A stretch of 64,000 nucleotides of DNA from Candidatus Marinacidobacterales bacterium. GTDB taxonomy: Bacteria; Acidobacteriota; Vicinamibacteria; Marinacidobacterales; SMYC01. A program made the translations under genes and the position numbers. Below the pieces are notes generated by a model. The model was not told the origin of the DNA, made no database searches, and saw only the letters and a program-made list of their open reading frames with translations. The DNA is taken from the NCBI GenBank assembly GCA_965224085.1, contig CBDCYI010000011.1, forward strand, positions 896,001 to 960,000, in the 5' to 3' direction. Numbering within the stretch: position 1 is the stretch's first letter; every line of letters starts with the position of its first letter. Of this stretch, positions 28,788-38,057 are shown one piece after another.

Positions 28788-29422
28788 AGAAGACTCCTTG
28801 TTTGAGAAAGCTTTTTGACGTGAGCCAAGAGGCTCGACGACGCGTCGTTTCGCTTGGACTGCTCCGACTCTTCATCCTCCGCGCGCCGGCTCGCTTCCTC
28901 GAGATCTCGGAGCTTCCGATTAATCTCCTCCAGTCGATTTTCGAAAGCGACGCCGACAGTCATGCGCAAGACATTGAGCTCTTCGAGCCAGCGTTCGGAC
29001 TGATGGTAGGTTCGGACCCCGAAACTATAGGCTTGATGCACCGACTGGGACGCTTTGCGCGACCAGTCGGAGAGCGCTTCAGGAGGGCGCCACAAGAGCA
29101 CAAAAGCGAGAACCGCGGCAGCGGCGATCCATGAAGCGGCCTGGCGCAACGGAATAGCGGACACGGCCGCCAAACGCTCGGCGTTGCGCCGCATTGCGGC
29201 GAGCTTCGGATGGGTACGGTCGAAGACATGCTTAGTCAGTTTCTTTGGAACTGCCGGAGAGCCAAGCGCGCCGAGCCCGACCAAGACCTCTTCGAAAGCT
29301 CCGAACAGCTGGGAGCACGCATCGCAAGAGGCAAGATGCGCGCGAAGCTCCCCCGCGAGTGGAGGCGCGAGCGTCCCTTCCAAGTAATCCGACCACAGTT
29401 CTTCGGAACGTCGACAAATCAT
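28784..29422 (-). CDS. Zinc-finger (zf-HC2) anti-sigma factor
   Basis: C...SDYLEG...HLASCDAC (HxxxCxxC), single TM; coupled to the ECF gene. Confidence 0.88.
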   Translation of the reverse strand: MICRRSEELWSDYLEGTLAPPLAGELRAHLASCDACSQLFGAFEEVLVGLGALGSPAVPKKLTKHVFDRTHPKLAAMRRNAERLAAVSAIPLRQAASWIAAAAVLAFVLLWRPPEALSDWSRKASQSVHQAYSFGVRTYHQSERWLEELNVLRMTVGVAFENRLEEINRKLRDLEEASRRAEDEESEQSKRNDASSSLLAHVKKLSQTRSLL

Positions 29423-30015
29423 GATACGTCTTCCCGTGTCGAGCCAAAATTACCGTGACGGCGTGTCAACCTGCGGGCGAGCTCGATACGCCCGCGGTTG
29501 ATGCGTGACTTGACGGTGCCGAGCGGCACTTTCAGCAGCTTTGCCATCTCGTCATAGCTCATCTCTTGCAGGTCCCGCAGGATGACGGCTTGTCCAAGCT
29601 CCACCGGGAGCTTGTCGATGGATTCGCGGAGCCAGCCAGCCAAGTCTTTCTTCTCGAGAGCTCGGTGGGGATCCGATCTTCCCGAGTTATCGGGAGTGGC
29701 GCGGACGGCGTCGTCGAAGACCTCGCCGTTTTGCACCAGGGAACGCTCACGGCGGCGTCGGCGGTAATGATCGATGGCGTAATTACGCGCGACGCGCTGG
29801 ATCCACGCGGGCAGGCTTCCCGAGCTGTCGAAGCTCTTGAGCGCTCCGAGCAAGTGGAGAAAGATCTCCTGCGTGAGCTCCTCCGCTTCGTCCGCGCGTC
29901 CGGTAAATTGAAAGGCCACATGCCAAACTCGTTTCTTGTACTGACCCACGAGCAAAGTCCAAGCTTCCTCGTCGCCGCCTTCGCAGCGACGCGCCAGCTC
30001 TCTATCCGCTAGCAA
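29419..30015 (-). CDS. ECF sigma factor (SigW/RpoE-like)
   Basis: EAEELTQEIFL, WIQRVARNYAID, MSYDEMA..VPLGTVKSRINRGR. Confidence 0.93.
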   Translation of the reverse strand: MLADRELARRCEGGDEEAWTLLVGQYKKRVWHVAFQFTGRADEAEELTQEIFLHLLGALKSFDSSGSLPAWIQRVARNYAIDHYRRRRRERSLVQNGEVFDDAVRATPDNSGRSDPHRALEKKDLAGWLRESIDKLPVELGQAVILRDLQEMSYDEMAKLLKVPLGTVKSRINRGRIELARRLTRRHGNFGSTREDVS

Positions 30016-30053
30016 AATCGCAGGGTCTCCGCTCTGTCTCGACTCATCTTTCG

Positions 30054-30080
30054 AAACGGACTTTCATGTGGGAATGTTCC
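30054..30080 (-). promoter_or_regulatory. ECF-type (autoregulatory) promoter
   Basis: Minus strand GGAAC-N17-CGTTT, about 40 nt upstream of the ECF start. Confidence 0.6.
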
Positions 30081-30224
30081 TGACATTGTCGCGCCAGCTC
30101 TCGTCTCCCGTCTCTCACAACCGACAGCCCTAAGTGCTAGCGATGTTTGACTTTCGGGGCCTATTCTAGTAAATCCTGGCCTCCGTAGTGGCGGATCAAA
30201 CTCGAAAGCTTCCCGCAACCTAAA

Positions 30225-31265
30225 GTGTCCATCCGATCCAGGTTTGCGTCGCGCACCGTACGAACCGGGTTGTTCCTTCTGCTCGCGGCGGGCCTGCTGT
30301 GGCTGTTCTTCCGCGGCTCGGATCTCTCCGCCATCCGATCGACCCTCGCCCGCGCGAACCTCTGGATTCTGGGCTCGGCTCTCGGCGTGATGCTCGTGAC
30401 CTATTGGCTGCGGGCGGCCCGTTGGCAACTCTTGCTCGCACCGCTAGGCAGAGCACGGCTCTGGAACTGTTTCACGACGACGGTCATCGGCTTCATGATT
30501 AACTTTCTCGCGGCGCGGCTCGGCGAGATCGCGCGGCCATATCTGCTTGCGCGCCGCGAGGGATTTTCCGCTTCGAGCGCCTTCGCGACGGTTTTCTTGG
30601 AACGTGTTCTGGATTTGGTGACAGTCGTGCTCTTGATCGGCTTTTGGCTGCTCGTCTCACCGCCGGAAGTCGCGAGCGGGGGAGCGCTGCAGAGTCTCAC
30701 GCTCGGCGGTGGTCTCGGTCTCGCGGGATCGGCGATAGCACTCGGAATTCTCTTCGTGCTGGCGCGCAACCCGGAGCAGGTCTTGCCCTGGATCAAGAAG
30801 GTCTTTCGCATCCTGCCGGCGAAGCTCGCGATGGCGGCGTTCCGTTTTGCCGAGACCTTTGCCGCCGGTCTCGTAGTGCTCGTCGACGGACCGCGCCTTT
30901 TTTGGGCAGCGACGATGTCCATTATCCTGTGGATGAATATCGCCTTCGCCTTTTGGCTCGGGGCGCTCGCCCTCGGGGTGGAATTCCCCTACGGCGACAC
31001 GTTTCTCGTGATAGGGTTTCTGACCGTGGGTGTGGCGGTCCCGACACCAGGTGCGGTCGGCGGCTATCATGTAATGGCCGAGCTCGCGCTCACCACTCTT
31101 TTCGGGACCGAAGCGAGCTTGGCGAAGGCCGTGGCTCTCCTGAATCATGCGATTGCCTTTCTGCCCGTCACGTTTTTGGGCGTCCTATTTTTCGCGCGAG
31201 CGGATTTGAGCTTTCGCGAAGTCGAGAAGATTACGAGCTCATCGGAAGACTTTCTAGACAGCTAA
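30225..31265 (+). CDS. Lysylphosphatidylglycerol synthase TM-domain (UPF0104) flippase-like protein
   Basis: LRAARWQLLL, ARLGEIARPY, ERVLDL, PTPGAVGGYH. Confidence 0.88.
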   Translation: MSIRSRFASRTVRTGLFLLLAAGLLWLFFRGSDLSAIRSTLARANLWILGSALGVMLVTYWLRAARWQLLLAPLGRARLWNCFTTTVIGFMINFLAARLGEIARPYLLARREGFSASSAFATVFLERVLDLVTVVLLIGFWLLVSPPEVASGGALQSLTLGGGLGLAGSAIALGILFVLARNPEQVLPWIKKVFRILPAKLAMAAFRFAETFAAGLVVLVDGPRLFWAATMSIILWMNIAFAFWLGALALGVEFPYGDTFLVIGFLTVGVAVPTPGAVGGYHVMAELALTTLFGTEASLAKAVALLNHAIAFLPVTFLGVLFFARADLSFREVEKITSSSEDFLDS

Positions 31266-31302
31266 GGGTCCCGGCAAGGGCCCTAAGGAGGCGAAGCCAA
31301 TT

Positions 31303-31770
31303 GTGAAATGTCCCTTCTGTGGTCATTCGGCGGACAAGGTTGTCGATTCGAGGGAAAGCAGGGAAGGCGAGGCGATCCGGCGGCGAAGGCAATGCCTAAA
31401 ATGCGGGAGGCGCTTCACCAGCTACGAGCGCATCGATCGCATCGACTACCGCGTCGTCAAGAAAGACGGCAGCCGCGAGCGTTTCGATCGCGAGAAGCTG
31501 ATGAACGGGCTGGTCAAAGCCTGCGAGAAAAGAGCGGTTCCGCTCACGCGGCTCGAGGCGATCGTGGATCAGGTCGAGCATCAGCTTCATGACTCGTCGG
31601 ACAAGGAAGTCTCCGCGACCCAAATAGGCGAGTTCGTAATGTCCGAGTTGAAGCGGCTGGATCAAGTTGCCTATGTGCGTTTCGCTTCTGTGTATCGCGA
31701 GTTCAAAGACGCCAACGAGTTCGTCGACACCATCCGCGCTTTATTGGACCGGCAAGATCCGATCGAATGA
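31303..31770 (+). CDS. nrdR: Transcriptional repressor NrdR
   Basis: MKCPFC..VVDSR..IRRRRQC..RFTSYE, ATP cone, VAYVRFASVY. Confidence 0.97.
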   Translation: MKCPFCGHSADKVVDSRESREGEAIRRRRQCLKCGRRFTSYERIDRIDYRVVKKDGSRERFDREKLMNGLVKACEKRAVPLTRLEAIVDQVEHQLHDSSDKEVSATQIGEFVMSELKRLDQVAYVRFASVYREFKDANEFVDTIRALLDRQDPIE

Positions 31771-32312
31771 CACATCGAGCTTCCCGCGCGACCGGTGGGT
31801 CGGTACTGGTGCTGTCGGTAGCACTTTCGGCTGTCGGCGCCGAGATCAAGGACCTCATCCCCATCGTCCGCGCCGAGGGTGTCGTGGTCAGCTTTCGCGT
31901 CGAGGATGCCTTCGACGAGGAGCTCGCCCACGCCATCGAGACCGGGCTCGAAGTTACCTTTCGCTACAATGTAGAATTGAAGCGGGTTCGAGGCATCTGG
32001 CTCGACAAGAAGCTTTCGGCGCGGCAAATCCGGACGACCGTCGCCTATGACAACCTGACGAAACGGTACAGCCTCACCCGAGAGATTGACGGCGAGATCG
32101 ATGCCACGGAAATCGTGGCGGATGTTTCGGCTATGAGGCGTTTCATGACGACGTTCGCATCCATGCTTCTCTTCGACAATGCGCTCATGGTCCCGAACCA
32201 GGAGTACTATCTTCGGGTCAATGGGATCATGAAGGACCGCAACCTGCTACTGCTTATTCCTTGGGACAGCGGTGCCGATTGGCGCGAGGCCCACTTCACC
32301 TATCTGCCATAG
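31767..32312 (+). CDS. DUF4390 periplasmic protein (NtrZ-like)
   Basis: Signal peptide, AIETGLEVTFRY, YDNLTKRY; directly upstream of an NtrY-like kinase. Confidence 0.75.
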   Translation: MTHRASRATGGSVLVLSVALSAVGAEIKDLIPIVRAEGVVVSFRVEDAFDEELAHAIETGLEVTFRYNVELKRVRGIWLDKKLSARQIRTTVAYDNLTKRYSLTREIDGEIDATEIVADVSAMRRFMTTFASMLLFDNALMVPNQEYYLRVNGIMKDRNLLLLIPWDSGADWREAHFTYLP

Positions 32313-32316
32313 ATCA

Positions 32317-34596
32317 ATGACAGCGCGAGAAACGATGAGCGACCACGAGGCACCCGCGAGAAAAGAGGCCAAAGACGGCGTCCGTTTCGTCGCACCCTCG
32401 GTGCTATTGCTGCTCGGTGTGACGCTCGTCAGCACCTATCTTATCGGTAAAGCGGAGTCCTTCAAGCCCGACTACATGGCGCGGGCCTTTTTGTTCGGGT
32501 TCACGCTTGTCATATGGGCGCTCTTATTGGTCCTCACTTTCGTCCTCGGCCGGAATCTCATCAAGTTGTTTCTCGAGAGAAAGCGCTCGGCGCGCGGGGC
32601 GAAATTCAAGACCAAGTTGGTCATCATCTTTATCAGCTTGGCCCTTTTGCCTTCGGCGCTCATCGTCCTCGTGGGAAGTCGCCTCATCTCGGCCTCGGTC
32701 GACCGGTGGTTCTCTCATCCTGTCGAAGAGGTGCTCGTGGGAGCGCAGGATGTCGTGGAGCATTACTTTCAGGAAAAACAGGACCATGCGACGTTCTACG
32801 CGCGCAGTCTTTCGGGAGAGATTGGAGAATCGAGGCTTTTGACGCCGGCTCGTCTCTCTCTTCTGAGCCGCACGATGAACGATCGTCTCAATCGCTACCG
32901 TCTCGACATGGTCACGGTCCTGTCGGTCGATGGGCCGCTGTGGACGTCCGCGCGTCCGGGGCTTGCTCAATACAACCCGGACTCCACGATCCGTCTTGCC
33001 GAGACCGGCCTCCGCGGCGACGAAACCTTGCGCCTGGATTCCCTCGGGGATGGCACGCTTGTCCAATACGTCTCGCCGATCTTCAAAAGCGGAACACGGG
33101 ATGTCGAAGGGTCGGTCGTCGTGTCGTTTTTGATCCCCAAGAGCCTCGCGACGACGCTCGAGATGGTCAACCGCCAGGCCAACGTCTACCAACAGGCGGA
33201 AGCGCAAAAAGAGCCGATCCAGGATTTGTATCTCTCCTTTTTCGTGATGGTCTCACTTCTTCTCTTGCTGTCGTCCACCTGGATAGGCCTCTATCTCGCA
33301 AAGCGGATCACGGGCCCAGTCGGCCAACTCGTCGAGGCGACGGAGAGAGTGATGGCCGGCGATCTGGATCATCCTGTCGCGGGCGCAGCTTTAGACGAGC
33401 TCGGACTTCTGATGGAGTCCTTCAATCGCATGACGGCACAGCTCAAAGCGAGCCAGGATCACTTGGAGTCCTCGCGTCATGATCTGGAGATCAAGAACCG
33501 CGAGCTCGACCGTCGCCGCGCGTATATGGAAACCGTGCTCGAGAACATCACCACCGCGATCATTTCGCTCGATCGTGACGGCTTCGTGACGCGGTTGAAC
33601 GAATCTGCGATCCGAATGTTGCATCTCGATGCCGGGCTCGAAGGCCGCCACTATCGGGACGTGTTTGACGACAACGAGCGTTCTGCGCTGCGGGTCCTGC
33701 TCGATGAAGTTTCTCGTAAGGAGCTCCGGGCGCCGATCGAAGAGGAGCTCGATGTCACCGTCCAGGGACGCGAGCTTCACTTGTCCGTCTACGTCACGGC
33801 GCTGAGCCGTTCGGAAGATGTGCCTTCGGGGCTTCTCCTCGTCCTCGACGACCTCACGCAGTTGCTGCGTGCCCAAAAAGTCGCTGCGTGGCGAGAAGTT
33901 GCCCGCCGTCTCGCGCATGAGATCAAGAATCCGCTCACGCCGATCCAGTTATCTGCTCAACGCATACGCAAACACTTTCGCTCACGCTCAACCGATCTCG
34001 CGCGCATCCTGGAAGAGGGGACGGGCACGATCATCGAAGAAGTGGACTCGCTCAAGACGCTCGTCGATGAGTTTTCCCAATTCGCCCGGATGCCCTTGGT
34101 AGCGACAGAGCCCCAGGCGCTCACGCCGCTTCTCAAAGGAATGCTCGATCTCTATGACGGGCTATTTGCCGATCTCGTCATCACCAAGCGTTTCGCACGG
34201 GACGTGCCGCGGGTTCTCGTCGATGCCGAGCTTATCCGCCGCGTGTTCATCAACATCATCGACAATGCGGTGGAGGCGAGTGGCGAGAAAGGCGAGATCG
34301 TCATCGAGACCAGCTATGATCCCGAGCGTTCGATGGCCAGCGTCGAGATCGCGGATGGCGGGCCCGGGGTCTCCCCCGAGGAGCAAGACAAGCTCTTCTT
34401 GCCCTACTATTCGACGAAGCAACGCGGGAGCGGCCTCGGGCTCGCTATCGTCAAGCGCATCGTCGCCGAGCACCACGGTCACGTTCGGGTCGAGAAGAAC
34501 CTTCCGAAAGGGGCACGCTTCGTGATCGAGCTCCCGGTGGAGGTGACACCGTCGCACCAGGATGTCGAGCAGGCCTCGATCACCGGCAAGTCTTGA
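32317..34596 (+). CDS. NtrY-like HAMP/PAS sensor histidine kinase
   Basis: TM helices, HAMP, PAS, AWREVARRLAHEIKNPLTPIQLSA, GSGLGLAIV. Confidence 0.92.
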   Translation: MTARETMSDHEAPARKEAKDGVRFVAPSVLLLLGVTLVSTYLIGKAESFKPDYMARAFLFGFTLVIWALLLVLTFVLGRNLIKLFLERKRSARGAKFKTKLVIIFISLALLPSALIVLVGSRLISASVDRWFSHPVEEVLVGAQDVVEHYFQEKQDHATFYARSLSGEIGESRLLTPARLSLLSRTMNDRLNRYRLDMVTVLSVDGPLWTSARPGLAQYNPDSTIRLAETGLRGDETLRLDSLGDGTLVQYVSPIFKSGTRDVEGSVVVSFLIPKSLATTLEMVNRQANVYQQAEAQKEPIQDLYLSFFVMVSLLLLLSSTWIGLYLAKRITGPVGQLVEATERVMAGDLDHPVAGAALDELGLLMESFNRMTAQLKASQDHLESSRHDLEIKNRELDRRRAYMETVLENITTAIISLDRDGFVTRLNESAIRMLHLDAGLEGRHYRDVFDDNERSALRVLLDEVSRKELRAPIEEELDVTVQGRELHLSVYVTALSRSEDVPSGLLLVLDDLTQLLRAQKVAAWREVARRLAHEIKNPLTPIQLSAQRIRKHFRSRSTDLARILEEGTGTIIEEVDSLKTLVDEFSQFARMPLVATEPQALTPLLKGMLDLYDGLFADLVITKRFARDVPRVLVDAELIRRVFINIIDNAVEASGEKGEIVIETSYDPERSMASVEIADGGPGVSPEEQDKLFLPYYSTKQRGSGLGLAIVKRIVAEHHGHVRVEKNLPKGARFVIELPVEVTPSHQDVEQASITGKS

Positions 34597-34624
34597 CGGC
34601 TGGCGACGGGACCGAGCAGCGCTA

Positions 34625-35977
34625 ATGTCCAAAGAACGAATTCTCGTCGTGGATGACGAGGCCGGGGTGCGCTCGTCGCTTCAAGGCATTCTCGAAGACG
34701 AAGGTTATCGCGTCGATACCGACTCGTCCGCCGAGGCCGCCTTGGCCCGGCTCTCTGGCGGCGGGTACGATCTCGTGCTTCTCGACATCTGGCTCCCCAA
34801 AATGGATGGGATCCAGGCTCTCGAAAAGATGATCGACGACGAGCTCGATACGCCCGTCATCATGATCTCGGGCCATGCCACCATTGAGAGCGCGGTCAAA
34901 GCGATTCAGCTCGGCGCTTACAACTTCGTGGAGAAGCCGCTTTCGCTCGACAAGACGATCATCGCGGTCCAGAACGCGCTTCGCCAAGGACGGCTCGAGC
35001 AGGAAAACCGCTATCTCCGCGAGCGCTTCGAAGCGCGTCAAGTCTTGATAGGGTCGAGTCCGGGCATGAGGGAGCTCAAAAAGCAAATCGGTATCGCCGC
35101 GCCCACCAATGGCAGAGTGCTGATCTTCGGAGAGAATGGAACAGGCAAGGAGGTCGTGGCGCGCTCGGTCCATACGCAATCGCTTCGGAGTAAGGCGAGC
35201 TTCGTGGAAGTCAATTGCGCGGCTATCCCCGAAGAGCTTATCGAAAGCGAGCTCTTCGGTCACGTGAAGGGCGCCTTTACCGGTGCTGTATCAGACAAGA
35301 TAGGGAAGTTCGAAGCGGCGGATGGAGGGACGTTGTTCCTCGATGAAGTGGCCGATATGAGCGTCAAGACTCAAGCCAAAGTGTTGCGCGTGCTCCAGGA
35401 GCAGAAGTTCCAGGCGGTGGGCAGCACCGAATCCATCGGCGTGGATTGCCGCGTGATCGCCGCGACGAACAAAATTCTCGAAGAAGAGATCCGTGCCGGA
35501 AACTTCAGAGAGGATCTCTATTTCCGGTTGAACGTAATCCCGTTCCACATGCCGCCCTTGCGTGAGCGTCGCGAAGACATCCCTGCCCTCGTGACGCATT
35601 TCGTCGCGGGCTTCTGCGCCGAGTACGGGAAGCAGACGAAAGATCCGACCGCGCAGGCGCTCAAGCGGCTCGTGGCCTATCAGTGGCCTGGCAATGTGCG
35701 CGAGCTAAAAAACGTCATCGAGCGGCTCGTCATCATGGTGACCGGGGACGTCATCGAAGTCTCGGATTTGCCTCTGGCGCTCACCCGCGGTGGCGACGGG
35801 CCCTTCGAAACGCTCGGAGACTTCCCGTCTCTCGCGAGCGCTCGCGAAGCCTTCGAAAGGCAGTTCATCGTCGGCAAGCTTCGCGAGAATAACGACAACG
35901 TGACCAGAACTGCCGAGGCCCTCGGTATCGAGCGCTCGCACCTTTATCGAAAGATGAAGGCGTATTCCATTAAGTGA
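34625..35977 (+). CDS. NtrX-like sigma-54-dependent response regulator
   Basis: Receiver LLDIWLP, GENGTGKE, ESELFGH..GAFTGA, WPGNVREL, Fis HTH. Confidence 0.93.
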   Translation: MSKERILVVDDEAGVRSSLQGILEDEGYRVDTDSSAEAALARLSGGGYDLVLLDIWLPKMDGIQALEKMIDDELDTPVIMISGHATIESAVKAIQLGAYNFVEKPLSLDKTIIAVQNALRQGRLEQENRYLRERFEARQVLIGSSPGMRELKKQIGIAAPTNGRVLIFGENGTGKEVVARSVHTQSLRSKASFVEVNCAAIPEELIESELFGHVKGAFTGAVSDKIGKFEAADGGTLFLDEVADMSVKTQAKVLRVLQEQKFQAVGSTESIGVDCRVIAATNKILEEEIRAGNFREDLYFRLNVIPFHMPPLRERREDIPALVTHFVAGFCAEYGKQTKDPTAQALKRLVAYQWPGNVRELKNVIERLVIMVTGDVIEVSDLPLALTRGGDGPFETLGDFPSLASAREAFERQFIVGKLRENNDNVTRTAEALGIERSHLYRKMKAYSIK

Positions 35978-35991
35978 TCCGCGGTTCTTGT

Positions 35992-36079
35992 TTGCTACCT
36001 GCCGCCTGCTACCATCGCCAATCGGTCTCGAATGGTCTCCAATATGTGTCGGGAGCAGGTAGCGGGTAGCCGGGAGCAA
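35992..36079. repeat. Hairpin of CTGCTAC/GTAGCAG heptamer units
   Basis: gctacctgccgcctgctacc is the imperfect reverse complement of gggagcaggtagcgggtagc. Confidence 0.6.
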
Positions 36080-36192
36080 CGGTGGCGTCGGCCCTTTGAA
36101 CAATGCCGACGCCCAATTCCAGACTATCTTTGTCCTAAAATAAGAAGTATATTTCTTGGCGACTGTTCGAGTAAACGCAGCCAGGCAGCGAT

Positions 36193-37059
36193 TTGGAGAA
36201 AGACAGAGAGAAAACGGGCGAAGCTACCGCTAAAGCCGTCTCCTCACCCACCTCGTCCGCGGAATCGTTAAAGGGTGACGCATTGCTGCGTCAAGGCGAG
36301 GAGCTCTTTGCGCTGGGGAACTTCTCCCAAGCGATTCATGTATGGACGAGGATCTTGTTCCTCGAGCGTGGCCACGCGCAAGCACGCCTAGCCATCGAGC
36401 GTGGCAAGAAGGCGGTCGCCGAGCAGCATCGCCTCCTCGATATGGAACTCGCGGCCGCGAGCGAGCTTCTCGAGCGTGGAGAGAGCGAGCAAGCCGCGGC
36501 GAAGGTGCGGAGCGTGCTTTCGCTCGACCCGCGTAACCACGAGGGCCACCATCTCGCGGGACGGATCCATGCGGCTGCGCGCCGGAGTGAGACGGGGCCG
36601 AGCATCCCGGCGCGCGGGCTCTCGCCGGCGACCAAGCGTGGTCTATTGCTGCGCGTCTCGTCCACGCGTCCTGAGAAGCGCCTGGCTCATGCTTCGCCGC
36701 TCAAGATGGCCGGCTTCGTTCTCGGTGCGATACTCGTCTTCGCATCCGGTGCGCTCTACCTGCATCTCAACTGGGAATCCATCGTGAGTGACGGCGCGTT
36801 TCGCGGCGGTGGTGCGCTATCCCGCGCGGTCGCGGAGCGTGCGGCCGTGCCTCTTCCGGCGACGTCGGAGCTTCGCTATTTCAACGGAGCGCGGCTTTTC
36901 GCGAAGGGCCGTTATCGGGACGCGCTCGATGAGCTCAGCCTCGTCGAACGGGACTCCGCGGTCGCCGAGCGAGCGCGCGGACTGATCTTGAGGATCGAAG
37001 AGCGGCTCTTGCGAGACGTGTCGGAGCTTGGAGCGAACGAACCCAACGAAGCGAGGTGA
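36193..37059 (+). CDS. Hypothetical TPR-like protein with one TM helix
   Basis: N-terminal TPR-like helices (GEELFALGNFSQAI), TM GFVLGAILVFASGALYL, C-terminal TPR-like segment. Confidence 0.65.
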   Translation: MEKDREKTGEATAKAVSSPTSSAESLKGDALLRQGEELFALGNFSQAIHVWTRILFLERGHAQARLAIERGKKAVAEQHRLLDMELAAASELLERGESEQAAAKVRSVLSLDPRNHEGHHLAGRIHAAARRSETGPSIPARGLSPATKRGLLLRVSSTRPEKRLAHASPLKMAGFVLGAILVFASGALYLHLNWESIVSDGAFRGGGALSRAVAERAAVPLPATSELRYFNGARLFAKGRYRDALDELSLVERDSAVAERARGLILRIEERLLRDVSELGANEPNEAR

Positions 37060-38009
37060 GTGCATTGTTGTGCGAGTGTTGTGGTACCGAGCTCGATCCC
37101 GTCATGGTCATTTGTTCAGCCTGCGGGGCCCGCGTTCGCCACGGCAGGGAAGAAGTCGACTGGCGCCAGCAGGTGCGCGAGACGGTCGAGCGGCACAAGG
37201 AAAAAAGGCGCCGGGAGCAGTCGCGGCACGATGCAGAAGCGCGGCAGCTTTCGATCTTTCCCGATATGTCCGAAGAGGACGAAGAGAGTCGAGTCGTCCG
37301 CAAGCGGCGCGCCGAGATTCGGGCTCGCGTCGAGGAGCGGCTAAACAAGGCCCCACGACAGGCGCCTATCGCCCGGCGCCGCGACGTCGGCGAAGTGCGC
37401 CTTGCCCACCGCGCCGCGGCTGCCACCATGCCAGATTTCTCTCGCGAGCCCGATCCAAGGATGGCAGAAATGCCGGCAACCCCGGCGATCATGGACCCGA
37501 GCACGGGGCCATTCGAGCCGCTCAGCGAGAGGAGCGTGGAGCTCGAGCTCGACCGGGACCCCGAGAGAGAAGCGGCCAACGAACCGTTCACGGCTTTCGG
37601 CCTTGCTAGCCCTGGCGAGCGCGTGCTCGCGGGTCTCATCGATTTGGCCTTCGTCTCGCTCATCCAGTTCACACTCTTTTATCTGACGACGCACCTCGTC
37701 GCGCAACGTCTCGATGCGCTGCCGACTTCCGCGGTTATTTCGATGAGCCTCGTGGGGCTGGTTCTCGCTGCGAGCTACTTTCTCTTTTTTTGGAGCCTTT
37801 CGGGGCAGACTTTAGGGAAGCTGCTCACAGGTGGGCGCGTGGTGACGACCGCGGATGGACCGCTCGGTTTTCGCCGAGCTGCCACACGACTCGTGGGGAC
37901 GGTCCTCTCTGTGCTGCCGCTTGGTGCCGGGTTTTTCGGCATGTGGACCGACTTCGACAGACGCGGCTGGCACGATCGCATCGCGGGTACGAAAGTCGTC
38001 CGCGGCTGA
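37056..38009 (+). CDS. RDD-family membrane protein with N-terminal zinc ribbon
   Basis: CECCG..CSACG; R.LAGLID, GQTLGK, RGWHDRIAGTKVV. Confidence 0.85.
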   Translation: MSALLCECCGTELDPVMVICSACGARVRHGREEVDWRQQVRETVERHKEKRRREQSRHDAEARQLSIFPDMSEEDEESRVVRKRRAEIRARVEERLNKAPRQAPIARRRDVGEVRLAHRAAAATMPDFSREPDPRMAEMPATPAIMDPSTGPFEPLSERSVELELDRDPEREAANEPFTAFGLASPGERVLAGLIDLAFVSLIQFTLFYLTTHLVAQRLDALPTSAVISMSLVGLVLAASYFLFFWSLSGQTLGKLLTGGRVVTTADGPLGFRRAATRLVGTVLSVLPLGAGFFGMWTDFDRRGWHDRIAGTKVVRG

Positions 38010-38057
38010 ATTAATGAACTCGCACGGACCCTAAGGGCCGTCGAGATCGCTTGCGTC

